A DNA stretch of 64,000 nucleotides from an uncultured Gammaproteobacteria bacterium (GTDB lineage: Bacteria > Pseudomonadota > Gammaproteobacteria > Steroidobacterales > JBCCMA01), in NCBI GenBank assembly GCA_964639265.1, contig CAZXCL010000003.1, forward strand, positions 733 to 64,732. Direction: 5' to 3'. Below, one piece after another: positions 42,887-51,640 of the stretch. Both the position numbers and the translations under genes were made by a program. The notes under the pieces were generated by a model. It was not told the DNA's origin. It saw only the letters and a program-made list of their open reading frames with translations, and searched no databases. How positions within the stretch are numbered: position 1 is the stretch's first letter; the number at the start of each line of letters is the position of its first letter.

Positions 42887-43900
42887 ATGGCTATCAAGAA
42901 TATTCGTCAGGCCATCAACGAAACACTGCACGATGAAATGGCGCGCGATGAAAACGTCATCGTGCTCGGTGAGGATGTTTCAGGAGGTGCCGGTACGCCG
43001 TCGGGCAAGCGCGAGGTTATCGGCGGTATCTGGGGCACCACCGGCGGCCTGTTGCCGAAATTCGGTGAGCATCGTGTCATCGATACCCCCATCAGCGAGT
43101 CGGCCATCATTGGTACCGCGGCTGGCGCGAGTCTGGTTGGCAAACGGGCCGTCGCTGAGTTGATGTTCGCCGATTTTGTGGGGGTGTGTTTCGATCAGCT
43201 CACGAACCAGATTGCCAAATTCCGCTACATGTTTGGTGGCAAGGCAAAGTGCCCGATTACCGTACGTCTGATTTACGGTGCCGGCATGAATTCAGCGGCA
43301 CAGCACTCGCAGGCGATCTATTCACTGCTGACGGCTATCCCGGGTCTCAAAGTCGTGACGCCGAGCAATGCTGCGGATGCCAAGGGTTTGTTGACCACGG
43401 CCATTCGCGATGACGACCCGGTCATGTTTTTCGAACACAAAGCGTTGTACACCAAAAAATGCGAAGTGCCTGACGGCGAGTATCTGCTGCCGTTTGGTCA
43501 GGCGCGTCTGGTGCGTCAGGGAGATGACGCCACGGTGGTGGCGATCGGGCGTATGGTGCATTTCGCAGAAAAAGCGCTGGACGGCCTGGCCGAAGAGGGC
43601 ATCGGTTGCGATCTGATCGATCCTCGCACGCTCAGCCCGCTGGACGAAGACACGATTCTCGACAGTGTGGAACAAACCGGACGTCTGATCGTAATTGACG
43701 AGTCGCCGCCGCGCTGCTCGCTCGCCGCCGATATCGCGGCGATTGTTTCGAGCAAGGCTTTCAGCTCGCTGCGCGCGCCGATTGAGATGGTCACCGCGCC
43801 GCACACGCCGGTGCCGTTCGCGCGCGAGCTCGAGCGTGCCTACGTGCCGGGCCCCGACAAGATTGCCGCGGCCGTACGTCGTGCGGTGGCGTGGCAATGA
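42887..43900 (+). CDS. 2-oxoacid dehydrogenase E1 beta subunit
   Basis: NETLHDEMARDENVIVLGEDV, RVIDTPISESAIIGTAAGAS and the transketolase C-terminal-like tail. Confidence 0.9.
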   Translation: MAIKNIRQAINETLHDEMARDENVIVLGEDVSGGAGTPSGKREVIGGIWGTTGGLLPKFGEHRVIDTPISESAIIGTAAGASLVGKRAVAELMFADFVGVCFDQLTNQIAKFRYMFGGKAKCPITVRLIYGAGMNSAAQHSQAIYSLLTAIPGLKVVTPSNAADAKGLLTTAIRDDDPVMFFEHKALYTKKCEVPDGEYLLPFGQARLVRQGDDATVVAIGRMVHFAEKALDGLAEEGIGCDLIDPRTLSPLDEDTILDSVEQTGRLIVIDESPPRCSLAADIAAIVSSKAFSSLRAPIEMVTAPHTPVPFARELERAYVPGPDKIAAAVRRAVAWQ

Positions 43901-45282
43901 GCAGCCTGCGCGCCTTCACCATGCCCAAGTGGGGCATCGAGATGGTGGAGGGCATTGTGTCTGACTGGCAGGTTGCCGACGGCGACGCGTTTGCCAAGGG
44001 CGACGTGCTCGTCGGCATCGAGACCGACAAGATCGTCAACGAAGTGGAAGCCGAGTACGACGCGGTGTGTCTGCGCCGGCTCGCCGAAGAAGGCGATACG
44101 TTGGCCGTCGGCGAGCTGCTGGCTGTGTTTGGCGATGCGGACACCTCGCAAGAAGACGTCGATGCGTTTATCCACGATTTCGTACCGGCCGGCGGCGATA
44201 CGGCACCAGACGGCGCGGATCCGGAGCCAGAGAAAAAACAACCGAGTGCGCCACAACCGCAAAAGGCCGATCCGGTCGCCGTACCGGAAGGTGTGCGGGT
44301 CAGCAGCGCTGCGTTGTCCGCGGCCGGGGAGCTTGGGGTGGACCTGGCCGAGGTGGACGGCAGCGGGCGCGCTGGGCGCATTCAGCGCCAGGATGTGCAA
44401 CGCGCGGCCATGCCAGGCTACGCGGCGCCGGGCCAGCCGGTGAGCAACGCTGTGGACCTCGCGCCGGGTTCGGTTTCGGCGACCGACATCGCGCGACGCC
44501 TTGCCAGGCGCGATGGTGTGGATCTCGAGACCGTTGAGGGCAGCGGCCGCGGTGGGCGGATTCGCAGTCGTGACCTGCCGCGGCACGACAATGCCGCCGC
44601 GGCGGCAGGGCGCGAGGTACCGTTTTCCAACATGCGCAAGCAGATCGCGCGGCGTCTGACGGCGTCCTACCAGGAAATACCGCACTATAACGTGCAGATT
44701 GACGTGTTCGTGGACGCACTCCTTGCCGCGCGCAAGGCCTTTAACGCGGCCGGTGGGCGCAAGACGTCGATCAACGACTGGCTGGTGCGCGCTGTCGCGT
44801 TGTCGCTCATCGAGCATCCCGATATCAACATCAACGTGCACGATGAGAGCATCGCCTATTTTGATGAGGCCAACGTGGCAATTGCGGTGGCCATCGACGG
44901 CGGCTTGATCACACCGGTGCTCCAGCAAGCGCAGAGACTTTCGGTTGATCAGATCAGTTTGAAGGTTGCCGATCTGGCCCAGCGTGCCCGTGACGGCCAG
45001 CTGGTGCAGGAAGACATGAACGGCGGCTCGTTCACAATGTCCAATCTGGGCATGTTCGGCGTCAGTCGTTTCACAGCAATCATCAATCCGCCGCAGGGCG
45101 CCATACTGGCCGTGGGGAGTGCGCGTCCGGTGCCGACCGAGCGTGATGGCCGGATCGTGTTCGGGCAGCAGATGACGCTTACGCTGGGATGCGATCACCG
45201 CGCTATTGATGGCGCCATGGCGGGTCGTTTCCTCTCGACATTGCGAGATCACCTTGAACAGCCCGAGTCCTTGCTTGGTTAG
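43897..45282 (+). CDS. Dihydrolipoamide acyltransferase E2 with one lipoyl domain and two peripheral-subunit-binding domains
   Basis: ATGA overlap with the E1 beta stop. Lipoyl-lysine context VGIETDKIVNEVEA. Two PSBD-like units (ELGVDLAEVDGSGRAGRIQRQDV and RDGVDLETVEGSGRGGRIRSRDL). Catalytic motif CDHRAIDGA. Confidence 0.9.
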   Translation: MSSLRAFTMPKWGIEMVEGIVSDWQVADGDAFAKGDVLVGIETDKIVNEVEAEYDAVCLRRLAEEGDTLAVGELLAVFGDADTSQEDVDAFIHDFVPAGGDTAPDGADPEPEKKQPSAPQPQKADPVAVPEGVRVSSAALSAAGELGVDLAEVDGSGRAGRIQRQDVQRAAMPGYAAPGQPVSNAVDLAPGSVSATDIARRLARRDGVDLETVEGSGRGGRIRSRDLPRHDNAAAAAGREVPFSNMRKQIARRLTASYQEIPHYNVQIDVFVDALLAARKAFNAAGGRKTSINDWLVRAVALSLIEHPDININVHDESIAYFDEANVAIAVAIDGGLITPVLQQAQRLSVDQISLKVADLAQRARDGQLVQEDMNGGSFTMSNLGMFGVSRFTAIINPPQGAILAVGSARPVPTERDGRIVFGQQMTLTLGCDHRAIDGAMAGRFLSTLRDHLEQPESLLG

Positions 45283-46036
45283 TCAGGACGAGCCTGCGCG
45301 CTGTGACGTGCTGCTGGTGTGCGGCGGTCTTTATCATGACTTCGACTATGTGCGCCTGGAACTCCTGCAGCGTTTGGCGCAGTGGCCGCACGTGCGCGTG
45401 CACGTTGCTGGGGACTACTCTGACATAGATGCTCTCGGGCGCGCACAGGCCATTGTTTCGTACACGACCAATGTTATTCCGAGTGATGCGCAGCAGGCGG
45501 CGCTGTCAGCGTTTATGGCGCGCGGTGGTCGCTGGTTCGCCCTGCATGGCACGAACGCCATGGTCGACATTGACGAACAAGGCTACGCAAGCTGCCCGCC
45601 GGTGGCGCCGGCGTTCATGGATATGCTCGGCAGCCGTTTTCTTGCGCATCCGCCCAAAGGGGAGTTCGAGGTGCATAACGCCAGGCCCGAGGATCCGCTG
45701 GTAGCGGGCATTGAGACGTTCACCGTGGACGATGAGCTCTATCTGATTGAAGAGCGTGCAGAATTTGAGACCCTGCTCTATGCCAATTTCAGCGGCAAGG
45801 CGATGCGTGGTTTCAAGCAGCGCGATTTTTTTGAATCGGTGCGCCGGCCCATCTTGTATCGGCACAGGACCGGAGGCGGTGAAGTGCTGTATCTGAATCT
45901 GGGTCACTGTCGCGGCCATTACGACATGCAGCCGCTTATGAATTGGTATCCTGAGGTGGAAAAAGGGTCGTGGGCGTCGCCGGTTTTTCTGGATCTGGTA
46001 ACGCGCGGCCTGGTCTGGATAACGGAGACGCGCTAG
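45275..46036 (+). CDS. ThuA-like (class-I glutamine-amidotransferase-fold) protein, cytoplasmic
   Basis: LLVCGGLYHDFDYVR...RGGRWFALHGTN...FLAHPPKGEFEV...VDDELYLIE. There is no in-frame ATG after the E2 stop, so TTG 45275 is assumed and the start is uncertain. Confidence 0.6.
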   Translation: MVSQDEPARCDVLLVCGGLYHDFDYVRLELLQRLAQWPHVRVHVAGDYSDIDALGRAQAIVSYTTNVIPSDAQQAALSAFMARGGRWFALHGTNAMVDIDEQGYASCPPVAPAFMDMLGSRFLAHPPKGEFEVHNARPEDPLVAGIETFTVDDELYLIEERAEFETLLYANFSGKAMRGFKQRDFFESVRRPILYRHRTGGGEVLYLNLGHCRGHYDMQPLMNWYPEVEKGSWASPVFLDLVTRGLVWITETR

Positions 46037-46558
46037 GTGAGTAGAACACTCGGCAATATCGTGCAGTTCAGCTATGTGGTCACGGACCTTGATGCGGCGA
46101 TCAATCACTGGGCGTCCATCATGGAAGTGGGGCCGTTTTTCGTGCTCGAACATGTGCCCTACAGCACCTGTCTATACCGCGGTGAGCCCACCGACATTGA
46201 TATGGACGTGGCGCTGGCCTACAGCGACCGCGTGCAGATTGAACTGGTGCTCCAGCGCAACAGCGCGCCCTCAATTTTTCGTGATTTTCTCAAGCAGCAC
46301 GGCGAAGGCCTGCATCATGTTGGCGTCATCAGTGAAGATCTCGACGCAGACCTTGCGCACTTCGCACAGAAATCCGTTCAGCCTGTCCAGCACGGCGAAG
46401 CCGAAAACGGAACACGTTTTGCCTATCTCGATACGGCCCTGATACCCGGCACGATGCTGGAGTTGTTCGAGCTGCCGCCGCCGATCCTGCGCGCTTTCGA
46501 AAAAATGCGCGGCGTATGTGAGGTCTGGGACCCGCTTAACGATCCGCCGCGCAAATAG
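46037..46558 (+). CDS. VOC-family (glyoxalase/dioxygenase-fold) protein
   Basis: GTG start immediately after the upstream TAG. VQFSYVVTDLDAAINHWASIMEVGPFF and GEGLHHVGVISEDLD. Confidence 0.7.
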   Translation: MSRTLGNIVQFSYVVTDLDAAINHWASIMEVGPFFVLEHVPYSTCLYRGEPTDIDMDVALAYSDRVQIELVLQRNSAPSIFRDFLKQHGEGLHHVGVISEDLDADLAHFAQKSVQPVQHGEAENGTRFAYLDTALIPGTMLELFELPPPILRAFEKMRGVCEVWDPLNDPPRK

Positions 46559-46563
46559 CGCAT

Positions 46564-47622
46564 TTAGTTGCCGCAGCCATTCGGTGGCGCGGCAGGGCCT
46601 GGAGCGTTGAAAAAGCCCAGTCGCATCGCGCCAAGATCGACGAAGTTGACGACGCCATCATCATTGCTGTCGGCATCGGCGTCATCTGAGAAAAACACCG
46701 AGCGCAGTATGCCCAGATCAACGAAATTGACCTCGCAGTCGTTGTTCAGATCCATGTCGCAGGCATTGCCGAAGCCGTCGCCATTGCTGTCGCGCTGATC
46801 GGCGTTGGAGGCTTCGATGCAGTTGTCGCTGCTGTCATCGACGCCGTCGCCATCGCTGTCGGTGGCATCGTCGGTCAGGCCCGCCGCATAGAGTATGCCT
46901 CCTACCACGTGGGCCATGAACTCGGGCTCGCTGTAGGCCGCAGAGCGGTGCCCGCCCCCGGTGTACCAGGAGCGGCCGCCGTCAAACTCGTGGAACCAGG
47001 CGATCGGGTGATCGGCACCCATGTTGCCGCCGTTGTAGGTGGTCTCATCAAGCGTGGCCAGTACGTTAACGCTGGCGCGCGGATTGGTGCGAAAGTTGTA
47101 CCACTCGTCGGTGCGTATCCATGTCAGGGGCAGCGTGTCAGTGGACGGATGGTCGGCGATTTCGACGTTGATGGTCGCCTCCTGAATGCTCGGATGCGAA
47201 TCGAACCAGGCACCAATCAGATCACCGTACCAGGGCCAGTCGTATTCGGTGTCACTGGCCGAGTGAATGCCTGCGTAGCCGTTGCCCGCACGGATATAGT
47301 CTTCAAAAGCGGCCTGTTGCGTCGCGTTGAGGATATCGCCCGACGTGAGCATGAAGACGACGGCGTTGTACTGGCTCAGAGTCGTGGCATTGAAGACCGA
47401 TGCATCTTCACTCGTATCCACCACGATGTTTTGGGCTTCAAGCGCGTTGGTGATCGCGCTGCGGGCAGTGTTGATCGAGCCGTGACGAAACCCCGCCGTT
47501 TTGGAAAAAAGCAGCACGCGTGGTGCGCCAGCTTGTGCCTCAGCCGCGATGGCCGGAGCAGCGAACGAGGCGGCTGCGCATAGTGCGAAACATGCCAGTG
47601 CGCTAAGCAGAGTGTGCTTCAT
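46564..47622 (-). CDS. Secreted ThuA-domain protein with a C-terminal TSP3/dockerin-like module
   Basis: Start at ATG 47622 (MKHTLLSALACFALCAAASFAAPAIA). ThuA-like region RVLLFSKTAGFRHGSI...GNGYAGIHSASD...FDSHPSIQEATI. The C-terminal 98 aa is paralogous to the tail of 5246..7117. Confidence 0.75.
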   Translation of the reverse strand: MKHTLLSALACFALCAAASFAAPAIAAEAQAGAPRVLLFSKTAGFRHGSINTARSAITNALEAQNIVVDTSEDASVFNATTLSQYNAVVFMLTSGDILNATQQAAFEDYIRAGNGYAGIHSASDTEYDWPWYGDLIGAWFDSHPSIQEATINVEIADHPSTDTLPLTWIRTDEWYNFRTNPRASVNVLATLDETTYNGGNMGADHPIAWFHEFDGGRSWYTGGGHRSAAYSEPEFMAHVVGGILYAAGLTDDATDSDGDGVDDSSDNCIEASNADQRDSNGDGFGNACDMDLNNDCEVNFVDLGILRSVFFSDDADADSNDDGVVNFVDLGAMRLGFFNAPGPAAPPNGCGN

Positions 47623-47723
47623 CTTGAATCCCCCGAAGTGGTTATGCGTCACGACGCTAGCACGGCCTCTGCGGAGGAAACAGTGTCGGAAAATGGCGAC
47701 AGGTTATGTCGCTGACGGGCGTG

Positions 47724-49409
47724 TCAGCCGCTTCGGACCTGCATGAAACACGCCCCGGCGGGCGCGAGTGTCAGACGGTTCTGGCTGACGCTGGCGCCCG
47801 TGAGGCCGTGGCCGTCGAGTGCGCGAAGCTGCCAGTCTTGTGGCAAATCAATCTGCACGGGCTGTGTTCCGAAGTTGAACGTGCACAGGAGTCGCTCGCC
47901 GTCGAGCTCGCGTACAAAGCACAGCGCTGAGGCGGGTGCCTCAATGAACTGAATCGTCCCATGCATCAGACACGGTTGATTGCCACGCCATTCCACGAAC
48001 TGACGGAAAGCGTTGAGCACGGAGGAAGGGTCGCTTTCCTGCACCTCAACGGCCCGTGCGCGATGTTCCTTCGGGATAGGCAGCCAGGGTGCGCGGGTGC
48101 TAAAGCCGGCGTTGGCGTCATCGTTTTGCCACGGCATAGGTGTGCGACAACCGTCGCGGCCCTTGAACATGGGCCAAAAGTTGATGCCGTAGGGGTCCTG
48201 CACCTGTTCCGGAGCAATGTCGACCTCAGTTAGGCCGAGCTCTTCGCCTTCATAGGTACACACCGTGCCACGCAGCGACAGCAAGAAGGCATTGAAGAGT
48301 TTGGCCATGGCATCATGGTTTTGGTCGGCGGCCCAGCGCGACACGACGCGTCGCACGTCGTGATTGCCGGTGGACCAGCACGGCCAGCAGTCACCTTCGA
48401 TTGCCTCCAGACTTTCCACCGCATCGCGAATATGCTCAACGCTGAAGTCGTCAACCAGCAGTTCAAAGTTGTACGCCAGATGCAGCCGCTTGTCGCCGCT
48501 GGTGTAGTCGGCCATTGCCTGCATCGTGTCCTCAGCAGAAATTTCACCAAGTGTCACCACACCCGGATACTCATCAATCAGCGCGCGCAGCTTTTCCATG
48601 AACTCCAGGTTTTCCGGGCGCGTGTTGTCATAGATGTGACGCTGATAGGCATACGGATTGTCGGTGCGAAAACCACGTCCGCGACGCTCGCGCGCTGGCT
48701 TGGGCGGGTTATCACGAAGCTGCGCGTCGTGGAAGCAGAAATTAACGGCATCCAGGCGCAGTCCGTCGACACCGCGTTTGAGCCAGAATTCCACCTCTTC
48801 GAGCATGCGTTGCTGCACGTCCGCGCAGTGAAAATTCAGGTCCGGCTGGCTGCTGAGAAAATTGTGCAGATAGTACTGCTCGCGTCGCGACTCCCATTGC
48901 CAGGCGCTGCCGCCAAAAATTGACAGCCAGTTGTTGGGCGGCGAACCGTCTTCCTGCGGATCGGCCCACACGTACCAGTCGGCCTTGGGGTTGTCCCGGC
49001 TACTGCGCGACTCGGCAAACCACTCGTGCTCGTCCGAAGTGTGGCTTAGAACCTGATCAACGATGATCCGCAGGCCGCTTTCATGTGCCTTGTGTATGAG
49101 TTCGGAAAAATCATCATGATTGCCGAACAGTGGATCGATGGCCCGATAGTCACTGACGTCGTAGCCAAAGTCCTTCATTGGCGATTTGAAAAACGGCGAA
49201 ATCCAGATGCCGTCTACGCCAAGGCGGCGAACATAGTCGAGCTTCTGAATAATGCCGCGCAGATCGCCGACGCCGTCGCCGTCGCTGTCCATAAAGCTGC
49301 GTGGATAAATCTGGTAGAGCACGGCGCCTCGCCACCAGGGTGGTTGTGCCGTTTCAGTGACGGGATGTTCGGCGGTGCGCAGGGCGCCCGGTGCGCTTGG
49401 CGGTGTCAT
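47724..49409 (-). CDS. GH13 alpha-glucosidase (oligo-1,6-glucosidase type)
   Basis: WWRGAVLYQIYPRSFMDSDGDGVGDLRGI, GIWISPFF, DQVLSHTS, GLRLDAVN, GEIS and TGNHD conserved regions. Confidence 0.9.
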   Translation of the reverse strand: MTPPSAPGALRTAEHPVTETAQPPWWRGAVLYQIYPRSFMDSDGDGVGDLRGIIQKLDYVRRLGVDGIWISPFFKSPMKDFGYDVSDYRAIDPLFGNHDDFSELIHKAHESGLRIIVDQVLSHTSDEHEWFAESRSSRDNPKADWYVWADPQEDGSPPNNWLSIFGGSAWQWESRREQYYLHNFLSSQPDLNFHCADVQQRMLEEVEFWLKRGVDGLRLDAVNFCFHDAQLRDNPPKPARERRGRGFRTDNPYAYQRHIYDNTRPENLEFMEKLRALIDEYPGVVTLGEISAEDTMQAMADYTSGDKRLHLAYNFELLVDDFSVEHIRDAVESLEAIEGDCWPCWSTGNHDVRRVVSRWAADQNHDAMAKLFNAFLLSLRGTVCTYEGEELGLTEVDIAPEQVQDPYGINFWPMFKGRDGCRTPMPWQNDDANAGFSTRAPWLPIPKEHRARAVEVQESDPSSVLNAFRQFVEWRGNQPCLMHGTIQFIEAPASALCFVRELDGERLLCTFNFGTQPVQIDLPQDWQLRALDGHGLTGASVSQNRLTLAPAGACFMQVRSG

Positions 49410-49475
49410 GTTCTCGTATGCGTCTCGATTTCGTTATTGCCAAAAAGTAATCGCTTGCTAAGGGTCCGACAACCA

Positions 49476-49510
49476 ATGCATACGATTACATGCAATGCAT
49501 ACGTTTTCAT
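49476..49510. promoter_or_regulatory. Two tandem LacI-family-type operator candidates in the divergent GH13/GH97 promoter region
   Basis: ATGCATACGATTACAT (49476-49491) and ATGCATACGTTTTCAT (49495-49510). Each is an imperfect CG-centred 16-bp palindrome (5/8 and 6/8 half-site agreement). They share the 11-bp direct repeat CAATGCATACG. Confidence 0.3.
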
Positions 49511-49575
49511 TCGACTGCAGTACACATCAACGTGCAAAGTGCGCATGAAACTCATTGTTTAAGGATAAGAAAAAG

Positions 49576-51627
49576 ATGACACGGAGCTCGGGCATGCGCG
49601 TTCTTATGACAAACGCAGCGTGGCTTTTCTGCGCTGTGGTGGCAGGCGCCGAAGCGGACACGTCTGTGGTGCTGAGCTCTCCTGATGGTCGGGTGAGTGC
49701 GCAGATTGCACTCGATGATCTCGGTCGACCGCACTATTGGGTGCGACATGATGATGACGTGGTAGTAGATGCCTCGCGACTGGGTCTGCGCTTCGCTGCC
49801 CGCCCGGGGTTTGATCGCGGATTGAAAATGGCTGGCAGCAAGCGTCGTGAGAGTCGCGAGGTCTGGACTCAGCCGTGGGGCGAGCGCTATCGCGTCGTTG
49901 ATGAGCACAACGAAGTGCTGGTGTCCCTGATCAGCGACGATAAGCGTCAGCTCAATCTGCGCTTTCGTGTGTTCAACGATGGGGTGGGTTTTCGCTACGA
50001 AGTGCCCGCGCAAGAGGCCTATGGCGACGTCAGCATCGTGGACGAGCTGACCGAGTTTCGATTCCCTGATCAGCCCAAGGCCTGGTGGATACCGGCGCGC
50101 GGCTGGAATCGCTACGAGTATCTATATAAAGAGACCGGCCTGGATGCGATAGATCGGGTGCATACGCCGTTTACCCTGCGCTACGCAAACGGCCTGCACG
50201 TCTCGATTCACGAGGCGGCGTTGGTGGACTACGCGGCCATGGTGCTTGACCAGAAACGTGACGGCTTGTTCAAGGCTGATCTGACGCCGTGGTCGGACGG
50301 CGTGCGAGTGCGCACAGCGACGCCGTTTAAATCTTCGTGGCGAACGGTGCAGGTGGCGCGCGATGCGCCGGGCCTGATCAATTCCGATCTGATTCTCAAT
50401 CTCAATGAGCCCAATGCGCTGGGCGATGTGTCCTGGGTGGAGCCTGGCAAATACGTCGGCATCTGGTGGGCGATGCACATCCGCACGCGCACGTGGGGCT
50501 CAGGCGACAAACATGGCGCCACAACGCAGGAGACGAAACAGTATATTGACTTCGCTGCGAAGCATGGCTTCAGCGGTGTGCTGGTAGAGGGATGGAATCT
50601 CGGCTGGGACGGCGACTGGTTTCACAACGGCGACGTGTTTGATTTCACGCGCGCCTACCCGGATTTCGATCTCAAGGCCGTTACTGACTACGCGCGCTCA
50701 AAAAACGTACGCTTGATAGGCCATCACGAAACCTCGGGCAACGTCACCAACTACGAAAATCAGATGGCGGCTGCGCTGGATTTGTACGCCGAGCACGGCG
50801 TGCGCGAGATCAAGACCGGCTATGTCGCGGATGGTGGCGGCATCAAGCGCGTCGATGACAATGGGCTGGCGCACTTCGAGTGGCATGACGGCCAGTTCAT
50901 GGTCGAGCATTATCTGCACTCCGTGATAGAAGCGGCCAAACGCAGGATCAGCATCAATCCCCATGAGCCGATCAAGGACACGGGACTGCGGCGAACCTAT
51001 CCGAACTGGATGACGCGCGAGGGCGCTCGCGGCATGGAATACAGCGCGTGGGGCCAACCGCCCAACCCGCCCGAGCACACGGTCGTACTGCCCTATACGC
51101 GACTGCTGTCGGGGCCGATGGACTTCACGCCCGGCATTTTTGACCTGACTTTCCAGGGGCCGGAATCCAAACAGCGCGTCGAGAGTACGCTGGCACGGCA
51201 GCTGGCATTGTATGTGGTGATCTACAGTCCGCTGCAGATGGCCGCCGATCTGCCGGAGAACTACGAGAAGCGCCCGGCGGCATTTCAGTTCATCAAGGAT
51301 GTGCCGGTCGACTGGCACGAGAGTCGTGCTCTGGCCGGTGAGATTGGCGAGTATGTGGTCATGGCGCGGCGCGAGCGCGATGGTGATGACTGGTACCTGG
51401 GGGCGATCAACGACGCCGAGCCGCGGGACCTCGACATCGCGCTGGATTTTTTGTCTGCGGAGCGGGAGTACGAAGCTCAGATCTACCGTGATGGTGCGCA
51501 GGCGCATTACCTGAACTCGCCCTACGATATTGAAATCGAGACGCGCCGCGTTAGCGCGGGCGATACGCTGGCGCTGTCTCTTGCCGGTGGTGGTGGCACG
51601 GCCATCCGATTCGTGGCGCGCCCTTGA
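49576..51627 (+). CDS. GH97 glycoside hydrolase (alpha-glucosidase-like), secreted
   Basis: ATG 49576 lies 10 nt after AAGGA. Signal-like region MRVLMTNAAWLFCAVVAGAEA. DFAAKHGFSGVLVEGWNLGWDG and LIGHHETSGNVTNYE. The length fits GH97. Confidence 0.75.
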   Translation: MTRSSGMRVLMTNAAWLFCAVVAGAEADTSVVLSSPDGRVSAQIALDDLGRPHYWVRHDDDVVVDASRLGLRFAARPGFDRGLKMAGSKRRESREVWTQPWGERYRVVDEHNEVLVSLISDDKRQLNLRFRVFNDGVGFRYEVPAQEAYGDVSIVDELTEFRFPDQPKAWWIPARGWNRYEYLYKETGLDAIDRVHTPFTLRYANGLHVSIHEAALVDYAAMVLDQKRDGLFKADLTPWSDGVRVRTATPFKSSWRTVQVARDAPGLINSDLILNLNEPNALGDVSWVEPGKYVGIWWAMHIRTRTWGSGDKHGATTQETKQYIDFAAKHGFSGVLVEGWNLGWDGDWFHNGDVFDFTRAYPDFDLKAVTDYARSKNVRLIGHHETSGNVTNYENQMAAALDLYAEHGVREIKTGYVADGGGIKRVDDNGLAHFEWHDGQFMVEHYLHSVIEAAKRRISINPHEPIKDTGLRRTYPNWMTREGARGMEYSAWGQPPNPPEHTVVLPYTRLLSGPMDFTPGIFDLTFQGPESKQRVESTLARQLALYVVIYSPLQMAADLPENYEKRPAAFQFIKDVPVDWHESRALAGEIGEYVVMARRERDGDDWYLGAINDAEPRDLDIALDFLSAEREYEAQIYRDGAQAHYLNSPYDIEIETRRVSAGDTLALSLAGGGGTAIRFVARP

Positions 51628-51640
51628 TGGTAAGAGCAGC

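Noticed and set aside
41872-45252. Long minus-strand ORFs (41872..42897, 42020..42931, 43322..43897, 43840..45252)
   Set aside because: They are antisense to the E1alpha, E1beta and E2 genes, which carry unmistakable TPP, lipoyl and DHRxxDG motifs.
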